Source: Octopus sinensis (lineage: Eukaryota). Taken from it: a stretch of 64,000 nt of DNA. Positions 1-12,300 of this stretch are shown here, in pieces (position 1 is the stretch's first letter; each line of letters begins with the position of its first letter). The translations under genes and the position numbers were made by a program. The notes under the pieces were generated by a model. That model made no database searches and had not been told where the DNA came from. It was given only the letters and a program-made list of their open reading frames with translations. The stretch lies in the NCBI RefSeq assembly GCF_006345805.1, contig NC_042997.1:55862001-55926000 (forward strand). The letters are read 5' to 3'.

Positions 1-592
<592 letters not shown>

Positions 593-984
593 GTGTAGTG
601 CAAGAGAAATAGAGAATACGAGCGGCTATAACAAATTAAATCAGTAGAAAGGTTTGGAGACGATATGAAAGTAATAAAGGGAGATCGACAACAACAACAA
701 CAAAAACACAACCAACAATTGTTGAAAAATAGGAACTATGAAAGTATTGAAAACTAGGGGTTCGAAAGACGGGGATGGAGAGAGGAGGAAAGGAGCCATG
801 AAATGTTAGAAAACTACAGAAAGGAAAGTGGGTGTAGAAAGATAGAAGTGATTGCATAGAGGAACTCAGACGGGAAAAGGAATGATGTAGGGGTCTAGGA
901 AAGAAGAGAGACGGTTTAAAAGAGAGAAAACAACATGCAAAATGAGCATAAAGTAGTCGAAGAGATAGGAATTGTTTTGCGCTT

Positions 985-1140
985 GCTGCTGTTTAGCGGC
1001 AGGTCAGCATGTGGCTATACAGCAACAACAATGGCGTACGTGCCATCTATGACCATCTGGTCTATTTTTAAGGCAGTTACGGTATAATTTAAATGAAACT
1101 TGGCTGCTATTCCTAGCCAGTTGAGAGACTAGGCTTTCGT
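985..1140 (+). repeat. Unclassified interspersed repeat (family F), degraded copy
   Basis: Shares the motifs ctatgaccatc, acggtat-attt-aa and ttggctgcta with 3985-4175 and 8213-8378. Confidence 0.45.
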
Positions 1141-1387
1141 GTTGGTTCTGAGCGATATTGATGGAGAAGAGGAAGAAGTGAGGAAAGATTAGACGAATGA
1201 GAAAGCATGTATTCGTCAGAGAAAGGTGGCCAGAAGAGAGAGAATGAGGAAAAGCAGAGAGAGGTGGTGTATAAGAATTGAAGAGAAAGAGAGAGTTGGT
1301 GAAGGAGAGTGAACTGGGGTGGGGGAGAATGATAGAAGATTAGGAATGGTTAGAGATAGGATGAAGGAATGAAAGAGAAATAGATGG

Positions 1388-1761
1388 AATGAATGAATGT
1401 ATGAATGAATGAATGAATGAATGAATGAATGAATGAATGACAGGAAAAAGAAATAAACAAAGAAACAAACAAAGGAGGGTAAGAAAGAAACAAAAGTAAG
1501 AAACAAAGTAAGAAAGAAAATGAGAAAAAGAAGGAAAAAAGGAAAATGAAAGTAAAATGTGAATGAGAGAAAGAACAAGTCAAGCAATAAAACGAGAAGG
1601 AGAGGAAGAGGAAGAGTAGTGAAGAGTGAGCAAATGTTAAGATAAGTTGGAAGAAGAAGAAGAAGAAGAAGAAGAAGAAGAAGAAGAAGAAGAAGAAGAA
1701 GACGGGGAAGGACGAGGAGGGGAAGATGGAAAGAAGGAAGGAAAGAAGAAAGAAAGAAGGA

Positions 1762-1806
<45 letters not shown>
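1388..1806. repeat. Purine-rich microsatellite cluster (GAAT)n, (GAA)n, (GAAA)n
   Basis: Direct reading of the repeat runs. Confidence 0.95.
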
Positions 1807-1808
<2 letters not shown>

Positions 1809-2194
1809 GCCAAGGACATGAGCGTAATATGATGTAATATATGCATACACACACGCACATGTATGCTTATATCTGTGAGTGAACATGTTTGTAGACATAA
1901 TGATAGACAAAAACATACTGTGTGATTAAGAAATTCGTTGGCCAATCACAAGATCTTACTTTCGATACTGGTACATGGCAAGTACCTTCTAACACGGCCT
2001 CTGATCAAACCAAGCCATAACTTATAATTCAAAAGACCGGCCTTGTGTACACACAGCATCTCGCTGACTCTGCCTGTGGGTTACGTTAGGGGCAGAAGAG
2101 TCCTGGCGAATACTAAACCAATGGGTAGGGTAACTCAACTGATAGGGTAATGGGAATATCAATTCACGATCTGGACGGAGATGGAGATCTTTTT

Positions 2195-2195
<1 letters not shown>

Positions 2196-2225
<30 letters not shown>

Positions 2226-2377
2226 CATACACAGACACACACATGCATACACAGAAACACACACACATACATACACACACACACACCACACACACACACA
2301 CACACACAATATATATATATATACATACACAGACACACACATGCATACACAGAAACACACACACATACATACACACA

Positions 2378-2448
<71 letters not shown>

Positions 2449-2480
2449 ATATATATATATAATATATATATGTATGTATG
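2196..2480. repeat. CA/TA compound repeat with a higher-order period of about 98 bp
   Basis: atgcatacacagaaacacacacacatac recurs at 2243 and 2341. Confidence 0.85.
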
Positions 2481-2683
2481 TATACACAAATGTGTGTACA
2501 TTGATACACACATACGTGTATACATACATGCTTATATTTGCTGCGTGATACTACGAAAGTGACTCAAGGGTTTCAAGTTTCGTGCCAAGGATTCTCAACT
2601 AATACACACACACACACACACACATACACTCATACGCACACGTATACACACATATACATATACACATACATTGGTAGACGGAT

Positions 2684-2856
<173 letters not shown>

Positions 2857-3399
2857 CACTTAGAGAGTAGAGTGGAAGAGAGAGATTGAAAGAGAGAGAG
2901 GGAAACAGAAAGTGAGAGAGAGAAGGTGAGAAAAAGAAGGATAAGGAAAAGTGCAGAGGGTGAATCAACAAATATAGCTAGACGAGCCATTACGCCGGAA
3001 CGTGCTGGCATTATCATGTTGAAACCATAAAGCAGCTGTTTGTTTTAATAGCCACAGAGTTGTCCGTCTGGGGAAATCTATGTATTCATATATTCATAGG
3101 TCTCCTTCTGACATTCATAACCAGCATCTGGTTCGATTTTAAGCTATGACGGCACTTCACACCACGCTGAGTGTGTGCGTGTGTGTGTGTGTGTGTGGGG
3201 GTGTGTGGGTGTGTGTGTGTGTGTGTGTGTGTGTCAGTGAATGTGTGCAAGTTCATATGCGTGAGTGTCAGTGTGTGTGTATATGAGTATGTGTGTGTGT
3301 TCGTGTACGTGTGTCGGAGTATGTGTGATGTGTGTGTGTATGTAAGCTGTGTGTCTTACGCTGTTATTAGAGCAAAAGCGTTGCTAACTAAACTATTGG

Positions 3400-3659
3400 T
3401 GTTGCTGATGAGAGCTGTTGCGACTGCTGCGGTGATTTTTGCTGGTAATGTTGTTGCTAATGTTGTTGCTGTTTGCGTGATACTCTTGTTGTCGCTGCTG
3501 GTGTCGTTGTAATTGTTGTTGTTGTTGTTGTGGTGTTATTGTTACTGTTCTTGCTGATGTCTTGTTCTCAGTGAAATACTTGTATTTTCCGAAACAGCAT
3601 GTAGTAGTGGTGCGGTGGTAGTAGTAGTAGTGGTGGTTGTGGTGGAAGTGGTGGTGGTG

Positions 3660-3704
<45 letters not shown>

Positions 3705-3745
3705 GTAGTAGTAGCAGCAGCAGCAGTAGCAGTAGCAGTAGTAGT

Positions 3746-3783
<38 letters not shown>

Positions 3784-3809
3784 TAGTAGTAGTAGCAGCA
3801 TCAGCAGCA

Positions 3810-3855
<46 letters not shown>

Positions 3856-3862
3856 TAGTAGT

Positions 3863-3954
<92 letters not shown>

Positions 3955-3975
3955 AAGTAGTAGTAGTAGTGTTCT
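3400..3975. repeat. Trinucleotide mosaic (GTT)/(GTG)/(GTA)/(GCA)
   Basis: Alternating gta and gca blocks read directly. Confidence 0.93.
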
Positions 3976-3984
3976 AATCGTTGT

Positions 3985-4175
3985 TACTGCTCAGATCAAG
4001 CCAGACTGAGTAGACCTATGATCAGAGGTATTTCAGCTATGACCATCCTGTCTACTTCCTATACGGGGGAACTCTAACCAACATTATTCCAAGTAACTTT
4101 TTTGAAATGGCACGGTATGATTTGAAGGATATTTTGATGGTATTTTTATCAGATTGAGTAGCTATTCAGAGGTTC
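3985..4175 (+). repeat. Unclassified interspersed repeat (family F)
   Basis: agacctatgatcaga...ctatgaccatcctgtc...acggtatgatttgaagg; homologous to 8213-8378; follows a trinucleotide tract. Confidence 0.55.
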
Positions 4176-5120
4176 CTTCAAAAGCTGTTGTAGCAGCAGT
4201 AGAAGAGGAAACAAAAGAGAAACAGTGCAATTATGCATTGCTGTTACTTGTAACCGAGTATAACTTGATAAGAAGTATCCCCAATTCCGCTAATTGTTTT
4301 AGCGTCAAGCAGACATAGGCTCCTTTTCGGATCTCCCAACCATCACCCAGTGGAGCATCCAGGATGTGAGAGCTGGAAGGAAAGAAGGCTGCACCAACAA
4401 AGGTCTAATACTCATTTTCAGATGAGTTGACAGGAACAACATGAATTGTTTTGTTCAGAGATGCAATGTACTGCTCGGCTCGGTAATCGAGCTCTCGACC
4501 ATTTAAGCTTAAGTCCAAAACGTTTGCTACAACACCATGAGTCAGCATTTCTGCAATTATGAGCGGGTGATTATAGAAAATTGGTAAGTGAAGTTTTATC
4601 ATCCAAATTCATGGCCTATTCCGGGTCAATGTTTATGATGTTTGCATGTGACGCAGAAGCTGACAAGTCATATTTGATCTTTCAAGCGATTCAGCAGACT
4701 CAAGCATTTTCTAGCCTTGAAGAGAAAGTCCAATTTGTACGCAGCAGTTTTACAATGTTATATGTGCAGCAAGTGTGAAGGTTTTTCGCTATGTATATGT
4801 CATAGACATGTTGTTGGGTGATGGTTAGTTACTGTGCTTTTGCGTCCAATGAGAGCAGCTTGTCAAAGATATTGTTGTCTCTCCATGGAAGGAGTACAAG
4901 TAACATTGGGCGAGTTATTTTGCGATTTCTTTTCTGGCTTTTTACGTTCTGAGTTCAAATTACACCTCGGTGTTGATAGCTGGAGCTAATTACCCAACCA
5001 TAAAAACATCCCGCCCAAACGCAATTGGTCAGCATGAACAGAGTAGATAAACCAACAACGGTACACTGAGGTTTCATCCTGAAGTGGATCAGTTGAATGG
5101 AGTTGACTATTATATAGCCT

Positions 5121-5340
5121 AATATAATATAATCCTTTGTAATTTTAGCACAAGGCCGGCAATTTTAGCGGGAGGGTTTAGTGGATCAGATCGATCCCAG
5201 TGCTCAACTGGCACATATTTTATCGACTCTGACAGAATAAAAGTCAACATCGGCTGAATTTTGAACTCAGAAAGTAACGATCGATAAGAAATGCCCTTAA
5301 GCATTTTCCCGACGCGCTAGCAATTCTACTAGTTCGCTCT
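5121..5340 (-). mobile_element. tRNA-derived SINE family A, diverged copy
   Basis: Reverse complement of the family A pattern seen intact at 21621 (head, ttctgagttcaaa B-box-like motif, gtcgataaaat-agtaccag body, ggccttgtgc tail). Confidence 0.8.
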
Positions 5341-5358
5341 CTTAATATAGTATAATTC

Positions 5359-5570
5359 TTAAGACGGCAAGCTGGCAGAAACGTTACCAGGCCGGGCGAA
5401 ATGCTTAGCAGTGTTTCGTCTGTTTTTACGTTTGGAGTTCAAATTCCGCCGAGGTCGACTTTGCCTTTCATTCTTTCAGGGGTCGATAAATCAAGTACCA
5501 GTTGCGTACTTGGGTCGATCTAATCGACTGGACCCCACTCCCAAAATTTCGGGCCTCGGCCCGAAATTTG
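5359..5570 (+). mobile_element. tRNA-derived SINE family A
   Basis: taagacggcaagctggcagaaacgtt...gagttcaaattccgccgaggtcgactttgcctttcat...gtcgataaatcaagtaccag; closely matches 21621-21837. Confidence 0.88.
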
Positions 5571-5650
5571 ACCGATGCACTAATGATTCTACCAAATTGC
5601 TGCCTCAATATACGAAGTGCATTCCAGAAGGTTTTAGATAGGTTATTTGT

Positions 5651-5900
5651 AAAAATAAATAGATGCGCCCTTTTAAAGCCTAGCCAGGCTCATGGGCCCG
5701 GTTTCCCGGTTTCTATGGCGTATGTGTTCCCCATCTGGACGGGACGCCAGTCCATCGCACCGTTACTCATTTTTGCCAGCTGAGTGGACTGGAGCAACGC
5801 GAAATGAAGTGTTTTGCGCAAGAACATAACGCGTCGCCCGGTCCAGGAATCGAAACCACAATCTTACGATCATGATGCTGACATCCTAGCCACTAAGCCA
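5651..5900 (-). mobile_element. SINE head C + tail 2, slightly 5'-truncated
   Basis: Reverse complement matches 43816-44074 (ctccagtccactcagctggcaaaaatgagtaa; gatggactggcgtcccgtccag; gaaaccgggaaaccgggcccatgag). Confidence 0.88.
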
Positions 5901-5939
5901 TATTACTATATATCTAATAAGCTGACTTGCCAACTTTTT

Positions 5940-7058
5940 ATTCTACATTGAAGGACACAGCTGTAACAGCAATTTCAACATTCTCTACTAAACACTGCTT
6001 GTCACAGCTGAATAGTTTGCAGGATGCAGTCGAGACATGATGACAGTTTGGAAGATTTCTATGTATTAAAGTTTGTGTTAAACTGGACGAAAACGATACA
6101 GAAACTTATGAAACGTCCCAGACCGCTTATGGATTAACTTTATGAGCCGAGGATCTGTCTTTCACTGATACGTGAGGCTCGTGGACCGTAGAAATGAGGC
6201 AAGAGATGAAGAGAGGTGAAAGATGGAAAGCGACGTTAGAACATCGGAGCTGAGTTGAGAAAACGCGATTTTCTGGATGAAAAGAAAACGGTTTGTTTAT
6301 TAAAGACAACGCGCAAAGTTTGTGCAGTTTTGTTCCCGGGGTTTTCAAAAGGAAAGACGTGTTGATGACAGTAAGAAGACTGTTGAACTCATTACTTCTA
6401 ATCCTAAATTACTTGAGTCTTGGGTGACCTGTGACGAAAGATTGATCTATTGTTATGATCCAGAGATCAAGCGACAGAGAGCCCTATGGAAGCATCTTGA
6501 CTTCCCCACACCCAAGATGACCAGGCAAAGCAATTTCACTGGAAAACTCATGACAGTCCCCTTTTCAACAGCAAGAACATCATCTACATCCAGTGGGTCC
6601 CACTGGCAAGGCGGCCAACAAAGAGTACTCTGCGGAGATTTTGAGGAAGTTCATGAAGAGATTTCGTCGCAATAGGTCTGAGCACTTTCACCAGGACAAT
6701 GCATCAGTCCACAATTCCATCTTGGTAACCAATTACTTGGCAGAAATCGGCATCATAACTGTACTTCACACGCCCTACATCCAGAATTGCTCCCTGTGGT
6801 TTTTTGTTGTTCCCCAAACTGAAGGAGAACCTCGGGGTAGTCGTTTTGAAGGTGTTGAAAAGATAAAGGCGGTTGTGACAAAGATCCTGGACACCTTCAG
6901 TTTGGAGGACTTCTATAGGGCCTTCATGAAGCGACTGGAGCACAACAAGTCCATTGAATGTTGGGGACTCTACTTTGAAGATAAGAGTTTTGTACTTCTT
7001 TGAAATTAATAAATGAATTTGCCTGAAAAAGTCTCAAAGTTCTAGAATGCACCTTGTA
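5940..7058 (+). mobile_element. Tc1/mariner (DD34D mariner-type) transposon remnant
   Basis: Contains a transposase pseudogene; right end aaagttctagaatgcaccttg followed by TA resembles a mariner TIR plus TSD. The left TIR was not found. Confidence 0.88.
6038..7003 (+). pseudogene. Mariner transposase pseudogene (frameshifts, stops, internal deletions)
   Basis: Motifs across frames: IKVCVKLDENDTETYETSQTAYG (HTH), VTCDERLIYCYDPEIKRQ (first D), HQDNASVH (second D), degraded HTPY for YSPDL. Confidence 0.88.
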
Positions 7059-7139
7059 AAATAGTAATAATAATATATGAACAGATACATACATACTTGC
7101 ACTCTCTCTCTCTCTCTCACACACACACATACACACATA

Positions 7140-7150
7140 CACACACAAAC

Positions 7151-7181
<31 letters not shown>

Positions 7182-7230
7182 TGTATGTATGTATGTATGT
7201 ATGTATGTATGTATGTATGTATGTATGCAC
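7140..7230. repeat. (ATGT)n microsatellite
   Basis: Direct reading. Confidence 0.96.
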
Positions 7231-8212
7231 ACATACATTCATTTAGGAAGTATCCAAAGTTTATACAAAATGTAGAGTACTCAAGCTGCAATAATGATAG
7301 TGTATATTTATATACGTTGGGAAATTTAATATTTTGTACTCAGTATTCACGTGGGATAGGTGAGTACGTAATTTCTCTTGTGAATTCTTCAATATATTTG
7401 ACTGCATGTGTATGTGTGTATCTGCATACGCACTTGTATGTACGAATGGATGTGTGTGTGTATGTATATATATATATGTATGTATGTATATATATACATA
7501 TATATATATACATACACACTACACTACACACACAGATACACACACAGATACACACGCACAAACATAAATATATGCATACAAAAATATGATTTAAAAAACA
7601 AGTAAATGGTGTGATATGTATTATTTTGTAATTGCTTTAAGCTACATTACCTTCTAAATTAACAATTTAATTGAACAATTGTTATATAAAAACAAGAAAA
7701 CTACTGCCTCTTATTAGCACATTTATGGTTGGCGCATATTGTAAGAGAGAGAGGGAGAAAGAGAGACAGGCAAATGAGAGAGGAGACGACTGAGACACAG
7801 AGGCTCTATGTTTTAATTGTTGAACCAAAAATATATGTAGAAACAAATTTCTTGCATACAATTAACTTTTAATTAGGTTTCAAATATTGAATGTTTGACC
7901 CGAAATTTTCTTTATTATATATAATTCAATAAACTACTTTAATTTTGCTTTATTTTTGTAATAGTATTTAGAATTTTTAATTAATCGAATATTGAAAATT
8001 AAAATACAATTAAAGTAAGTAACTTTGAAATTACATGTTGTCATTGATGATAGTCTTACGGGTGAGAGAGAATGATGGAGATTTGAACCTAGAGTAAATT
8101 GCCTATTCGAAATTTTATAAGGAGAATTTGGTTCACGACACAATAAATATAATATGCTGGGCAACTTTGAAAAAAGAGTTATTGTTGTCGTTGTTGTTGT
8201 TGTTGTTGGCAT

Positions 8213-8378
8213 TTATTGCTCTATCAGCTATGATCAAACAGACCTATGATCAAATCCATTAACAATCCTGTCATTTTCTCTATCTTAAATATATTTCTCA
8301 ATGTACCTCTCCTCTTCTGAGACGGTCAGGTATGATACGGTGATGATTCGGCTGCTAAATCTAGTATTCCCAGCGACC
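8213..8378 (+). repeat. Unclassified interspersed repeat (family F)
   Basis: cagacctatgatcaaa...atcctgtc...ggtatgat...tcggctgcta; follows a (GTT)n tract. Confidence 0.5.
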
Positions 8379-8382
8379 GATA

Positions 8383-8412
<30 letters not shown>

Positions 8413-8418
<6 letters not shown>

Positions 8419-8551
8419 TATATAGAAGGAGCTTCTACAGGACTAGAACTGTTTCATTCAAGAGAAATCTTCAGGAAGCTCTGAGCTTCCTGAAGATTTC
8501 TCTTGAATGAAACAGTTCTAGTCCTGTAGAAGCTCCTTCTATATAATAAAT
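8413..8551. repeat. Perfect 139-bp palindrome (69-bp arms, 1-nt centre at 8482); fold-back insertion in (TA)n
   Basis: Checked base by base: 8413-8481 is the exact reverse complement of 8483-8551. Flanked by (TA)n on the left and by a 69-bp extension plus (TA)n on the right. Confidence 0.95.
8483..8535 (+). ncRNA. Type I hammerhead ribozyme motif (mirror copy at 8429-8481 on the minus strand)
   Basis: GAGCTTC-CTGAAGA-T-TTC tctt GAA-T-GAA-ACAG ttctagtc CTGT-A-GAAGCTC: 7-bp stem I, CUGANGA and GAAA core, 4-bp stem III, GUA cleavage triplet. Confidence 0.8.
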
Positions 8552-8617
8552 TAATTTTACTCTGCTATGTATTGAGTACCTTATTTACTGTGGTTAACCC
8601 CGAATCAACCCGGGACC

Positions 8618-8667
<50 letters not shown>

Positions 8668-8679
8668 CACACACACACA

Positions 8680-8712
<33 letters not shown>

Positions 8713-8721
8713 AGAAATGGA

Positions 8722-8984
8722 TGCGTGGTGTTCAATTAAATCATAATAATTTAAGATTATTTTTATGCATTTGTGTACATTTAAACTAATTAAATATTAT
8801 TTTACAGAATAATAGAATTAAAATTTCTTTGATTAAAGCCCTTTCTAACATAGAAGTATCCAAAGAGCATTTAAGGCACGTAATGTTTTATGAACACAAA
8901 AAGGAAACACAGTAGCCGAAGCGGCTCGAAATATACACTCCGTTTATGGCAAAGAATGCTTAATTGAAAGAACAACAACAACAA
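8722..8984 (+). mobile_element. Mariner 5' fragment (TIR-like end plus transposase N-terminus)
   Basis: IEVSKEHLRHVMFYEHKK / GNTVAEAARNIHSVYGKECLIERT with one frameshift matches the Mos1-type N-terminal HTH; upstream cgtggtgttcaattaaatc is TIR-like. Confidence 0.75.
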
Positions 8985-8998
8985 CAACAACAACAACA

Positions 8999-9190
8999 TC
9001 GAAAAATACCTTAGGAATGAGAACCCAGGTTCGAAATTTCCCCAAGACACCTGATGAATGCTGGAGGGTATATCAGCAGAAACCATGTGTTAACAATAAA
9101 CAAGATGAGAACAAATATCCGTCAAATGTAAATAATGTACGTATTTCATCATATCTTAAATATAGAACTATATTATATCAATCATGTTGT
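8999..9190 (+). mobile_element. Penelope-like terminal repeat (pLTR) remnant with a degenerate hammerhead at 9046-9091
   Basis: gacac-CTGATGA-a-tgctgg...tcagca-GAAAC-cat-gtgtt: stem I gacac/gtgtt and stem II intact, cleavage-site bases mutated. Confidence 0.6.
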
Positions 9191-9194
9191 AGAA

Positions 9195-10989
9195 TATAAT
9201 CATAGGCCATCTTCGAGTCATTTTTCGCAAGTGTATGTCCTTACCACCTTATCTAGGGTATCTACTCCTCCTTTTGTTTTGTTGTAATATGTAATAGCTT
9301 CAGGTTTCTTTTCAGCACTTTTTGAATCAATTGGAGGGCTGAGAGTGCATTGTACTCACAAGTGTGACTACATAATTTTTCTTGGGACAACAAGAAAGGA
9401 TCATAGAAACCTTTTGAAATTCAAATATTGTGCTTTATTTTCCATTTGTGAAATCACTTGGAAGTTCAACTCTGTTCTTTATAATTGTTCCAACTGAAAT
9501 AGTTTTCTTGCAAAGCAGCTTCCATGCCAATCCTAGACTTTTAAAGAGATTATCACAAGTTATACTGTGACCAGTATTTTCCAGTTCTTTTACTAGGTCT
9601 TCAACAACTTGAACCTTGATTTCTTTCTTTCCTTTTTACTGGGACTTTTTCAATGTAGATTTGCATTTTCCAGGCATAAGATGCTTCACTGTCGCATTTT
9701 GGACAAATTTTAATTCCATATTTCCCTGGTTTTGAAAGAATATATACCCGAAATGGGAAGCGCCCTCTGAATGAAACTAATTGTTCATCAATTGTCATGC
9801 ATCAACTTGGAACATATCCATCTTGCAAATTGCGATTCCACATTTCAAATACTTTTCTTATGGGCTCCAATTTATCATCACTTCTCTTTTTTCTTCTTGC
9901 ACTAGCATCATCAAAACACAATACTTATAAAATCTGTTGAAATCTTCCCCGACTCATAATTTTGTTGAATATTGGGCGACCATCTTCTTGACTCCATAAC
10001 TGTGTGACATTTTCATATTTAGATTTATAAACACCTATAAGAATTTAGTTCAGAGTGATGAATTTTCTTCCATTTATCTTTGTAAACAACCTGATCTTCA
10101 ACATTTGTCCATGTCGTGTAAAGATAGAAAAACAGATGGTCCACATTATTGGTGCCCAATATTACAAGATGAAGTTCCTACTGCTGCTTGAATAAGATAA
10201 TTAGAATACCAAACTTCTTGTCTGTCTCCAGAAACATTGCTCATTCATAATTGGGTGGCTTGCAGATAATTGCTTTTGAGTATCTTCATCACCTGATGGC
10301 ACAAAACCTAAGCTGTCCAGCATACAATCACTTTCACCGTCATCTTCAGAGCTATAGAAGGAATCACTACTGTTTTCTTCCCATTCTTCATCTAATTCCA
10401 ATAACCTTTTTGATATTTGGTCTTCACTCAAGTTTTCACCTATAACCATATTGGAAAGCACAACTGAACTACATGAAACTTCATAGCAGACTAAAGGCAG
10501 GTATTGCTCTCTCACATATTTATACTCTCCTGAAAGTATATATTGTAAGAATTGCGTCATCACTGAAATTTTGCATCACCCTATAACCTAGTAGATTGAA
10601 GGTGATGCAATACCACACAAATTTACAGGAATATTTTCATAATTTTTTCCTATTTTATCTAAAATTCAGCAAATAAATTGAATATAATTTTATCTATTTT
10701 ATATCTGATAAATATCTAGGAAAATAATATTTGATACTGCCTTTATTGAGTTTAGAATGACAAGAGGAGTGTCTGAATTTAATGCGCGGGCCCAATGGAC
10801 CCATACGGTAATTAATATGTAACGTGAAATTTTCTAGCTTTTATAAACATACAGAAAATTTCCCATTTGACAAATAAGAAAGAGTCAAGAAAAAATAAGA
10901 ATCAAGAGAAATCAGCAGAATCAAATAATATAAACAGTAGGAAAAAGTAACTGAAAAAACTGAAATTGGACCCATTGGTAGTCGGAAGG
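9195..10989 (-). mobile_element. piggyBac transposon remnant, 3'-truncated
   Basis: TIDEQLVSFRGRFPFRVYILSKPGKYGIKI, GHSITCDNLF, YYNKTKGGVDTLDKVV (DDE_Tnp_1_7 motifs) plus an acidic N-terminus; the 5' end abuts TTAA at 10990-10993. Confidence 0.9.
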
Positions 10990-11011
10990 TTAACCGAAGC
11001 AAAATAGTATA

Positions 11012-11126
11012 CAGTAATCCCTCGACTATCGCGGTTGTTACGTTCCAAAACCTCCCACAGAAATAATTAAAATCTAAAAAAAAATATAAATATAAATATA
11101 AACCCGCGATATACTGAGGATAACTG
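11012..11126. mobile_element. pogo/Tigger-type MITE with TA target duplication
   Basis: TA-cagtaatccctcgactatcgcgg ... ccgcgatatactgaggataactg-TA imperfect TIRs. Confidence 0.75.
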
Positions 11127-11707
11127 TATTCTAACTGGAGTATACTGGGTTTTGTTTTTGTTTTTTTTTTCTAAAAGAGGATCCGCCTAAACAGCTATTT
11201 TCTCTTCCTTCGGATAAAGTTGTCCTGGTGGCTTACAATCTCAGGGACATAAAAGAAATTGTGGGATGACAACAAACTCATCTCTAAGGAAATTAATAAG
11301 ATTCATAGAATGAGCTCTGTCCAATCTGGAGATCCAAATATCTTTATACAATACTACCACAATTGCTGTATACTCTGTGGTCTTCCAATATCGAGCCAAA
11401 TACATCAGAACTGAAGCATTTGAGAAGGTAACTACAAAAGGAGTGAATAACATAGCAGTAATGAGATGGATATTATTTAGGAATTTCTTTCAGAGATATC
11501 TAAACAAAGACTAGGGATCTTTCACGCCCATCTACTGGATGGCCGTTGACTCTAAGTTCATCTTTCTGTGACAAGTTTTGTTTTTTCGTCCTGCAGGGCA
11601 TCCAATGAAAGCCGCTCTCCCTACCAAATCTGCCGGTTTAGTCGCCGACAGCCCGGTCATGCGACAGGCTGTTCTGGGGTGTACATATACAGATAAACAC
11701 ACACACA

Positions 11708-11757
<50 letters not shown>

Positions 11758-11785
11758 AGACGCATATGTGTTTATGTGTATATAT

Positions 11786-11985
11786 AGCTTTTATCTTTTG
11801 CTTGCTTCAGTCATTTTGACTGCGGCCACGTTGGGGCACTGCCTTGAAAGGTTTTTAGTCGAGCAAATCTACTTATTTTATCAGTCCCTTTTGCCAAGCC
11901 GCTAAATTACGTGGACATAAACACACTAACACCGGTTGTCAATAGGGGTGGGGGACAAACACAAACACACACACACATACATATA
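11786..11985 (-). mobile_element. SINE family E, 3' half
   Basis: cttcagtcattttgactgcggccacgttggggcac...ttttgccaagccgctaa...gacaaacacaaacac matches 52203-52430. Confidence 0.8.
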
Positions 11986-12009
11986 GTCACGCCTGTGTCT
12001 GTCTTTTCT

Positions 12010-12300
12010 ATCGCTTCTACAATGGCCTTTATTCCTCTGAACTATTGTCTTATATATCATGTCCATGATATGTAACGAGATATCATCTCCATCTAAGTAT
12101 TCTCTTCAAGATGCAACCAGTTTTTCTAAATCCAAGCACCCTTACTGCATCACCCTATTTTCCATATTAAATATCTTTATCCGCTGGTTCATTCTAGAAT
12201 TCCTTCACTATTCACATTTCTCCTGCTTATTATCAGTCTCATCAGCCTCACAAGTCTTCTTTCGCTTCCTCGCCATTAAGCTATAACAACAGAAGACATT
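12010..12300 (-). mobile_element. Possible degraded RTE-like LINE 3' fragment
   Basis: Weak resemblance of the stop-interrupted minus translation to RTE C-terminal sequence; no clean motif. Confidence 0.25.

Noticed and set aside
2040-2115. Possible HDV-like ribozyme (hairpin gactct...agagtc followed by ggcgaat)
   Set aside because: I could not fit P1, P1.1 and P3 to the nested double-pseudoknot pattern by hand.
4422-4583. Plus-strand exon-like segment (ttttcAG ... G/gtaagt)
   Set aside because: There are stop codons in all three frames from either acceptor; it could only be non-coding.
8590-8620. ttaaccccg as the missing piggyBac end
   Set aside because: It does not match the TIR at 10965-10989 and lies inside the extension of the palindromic element.
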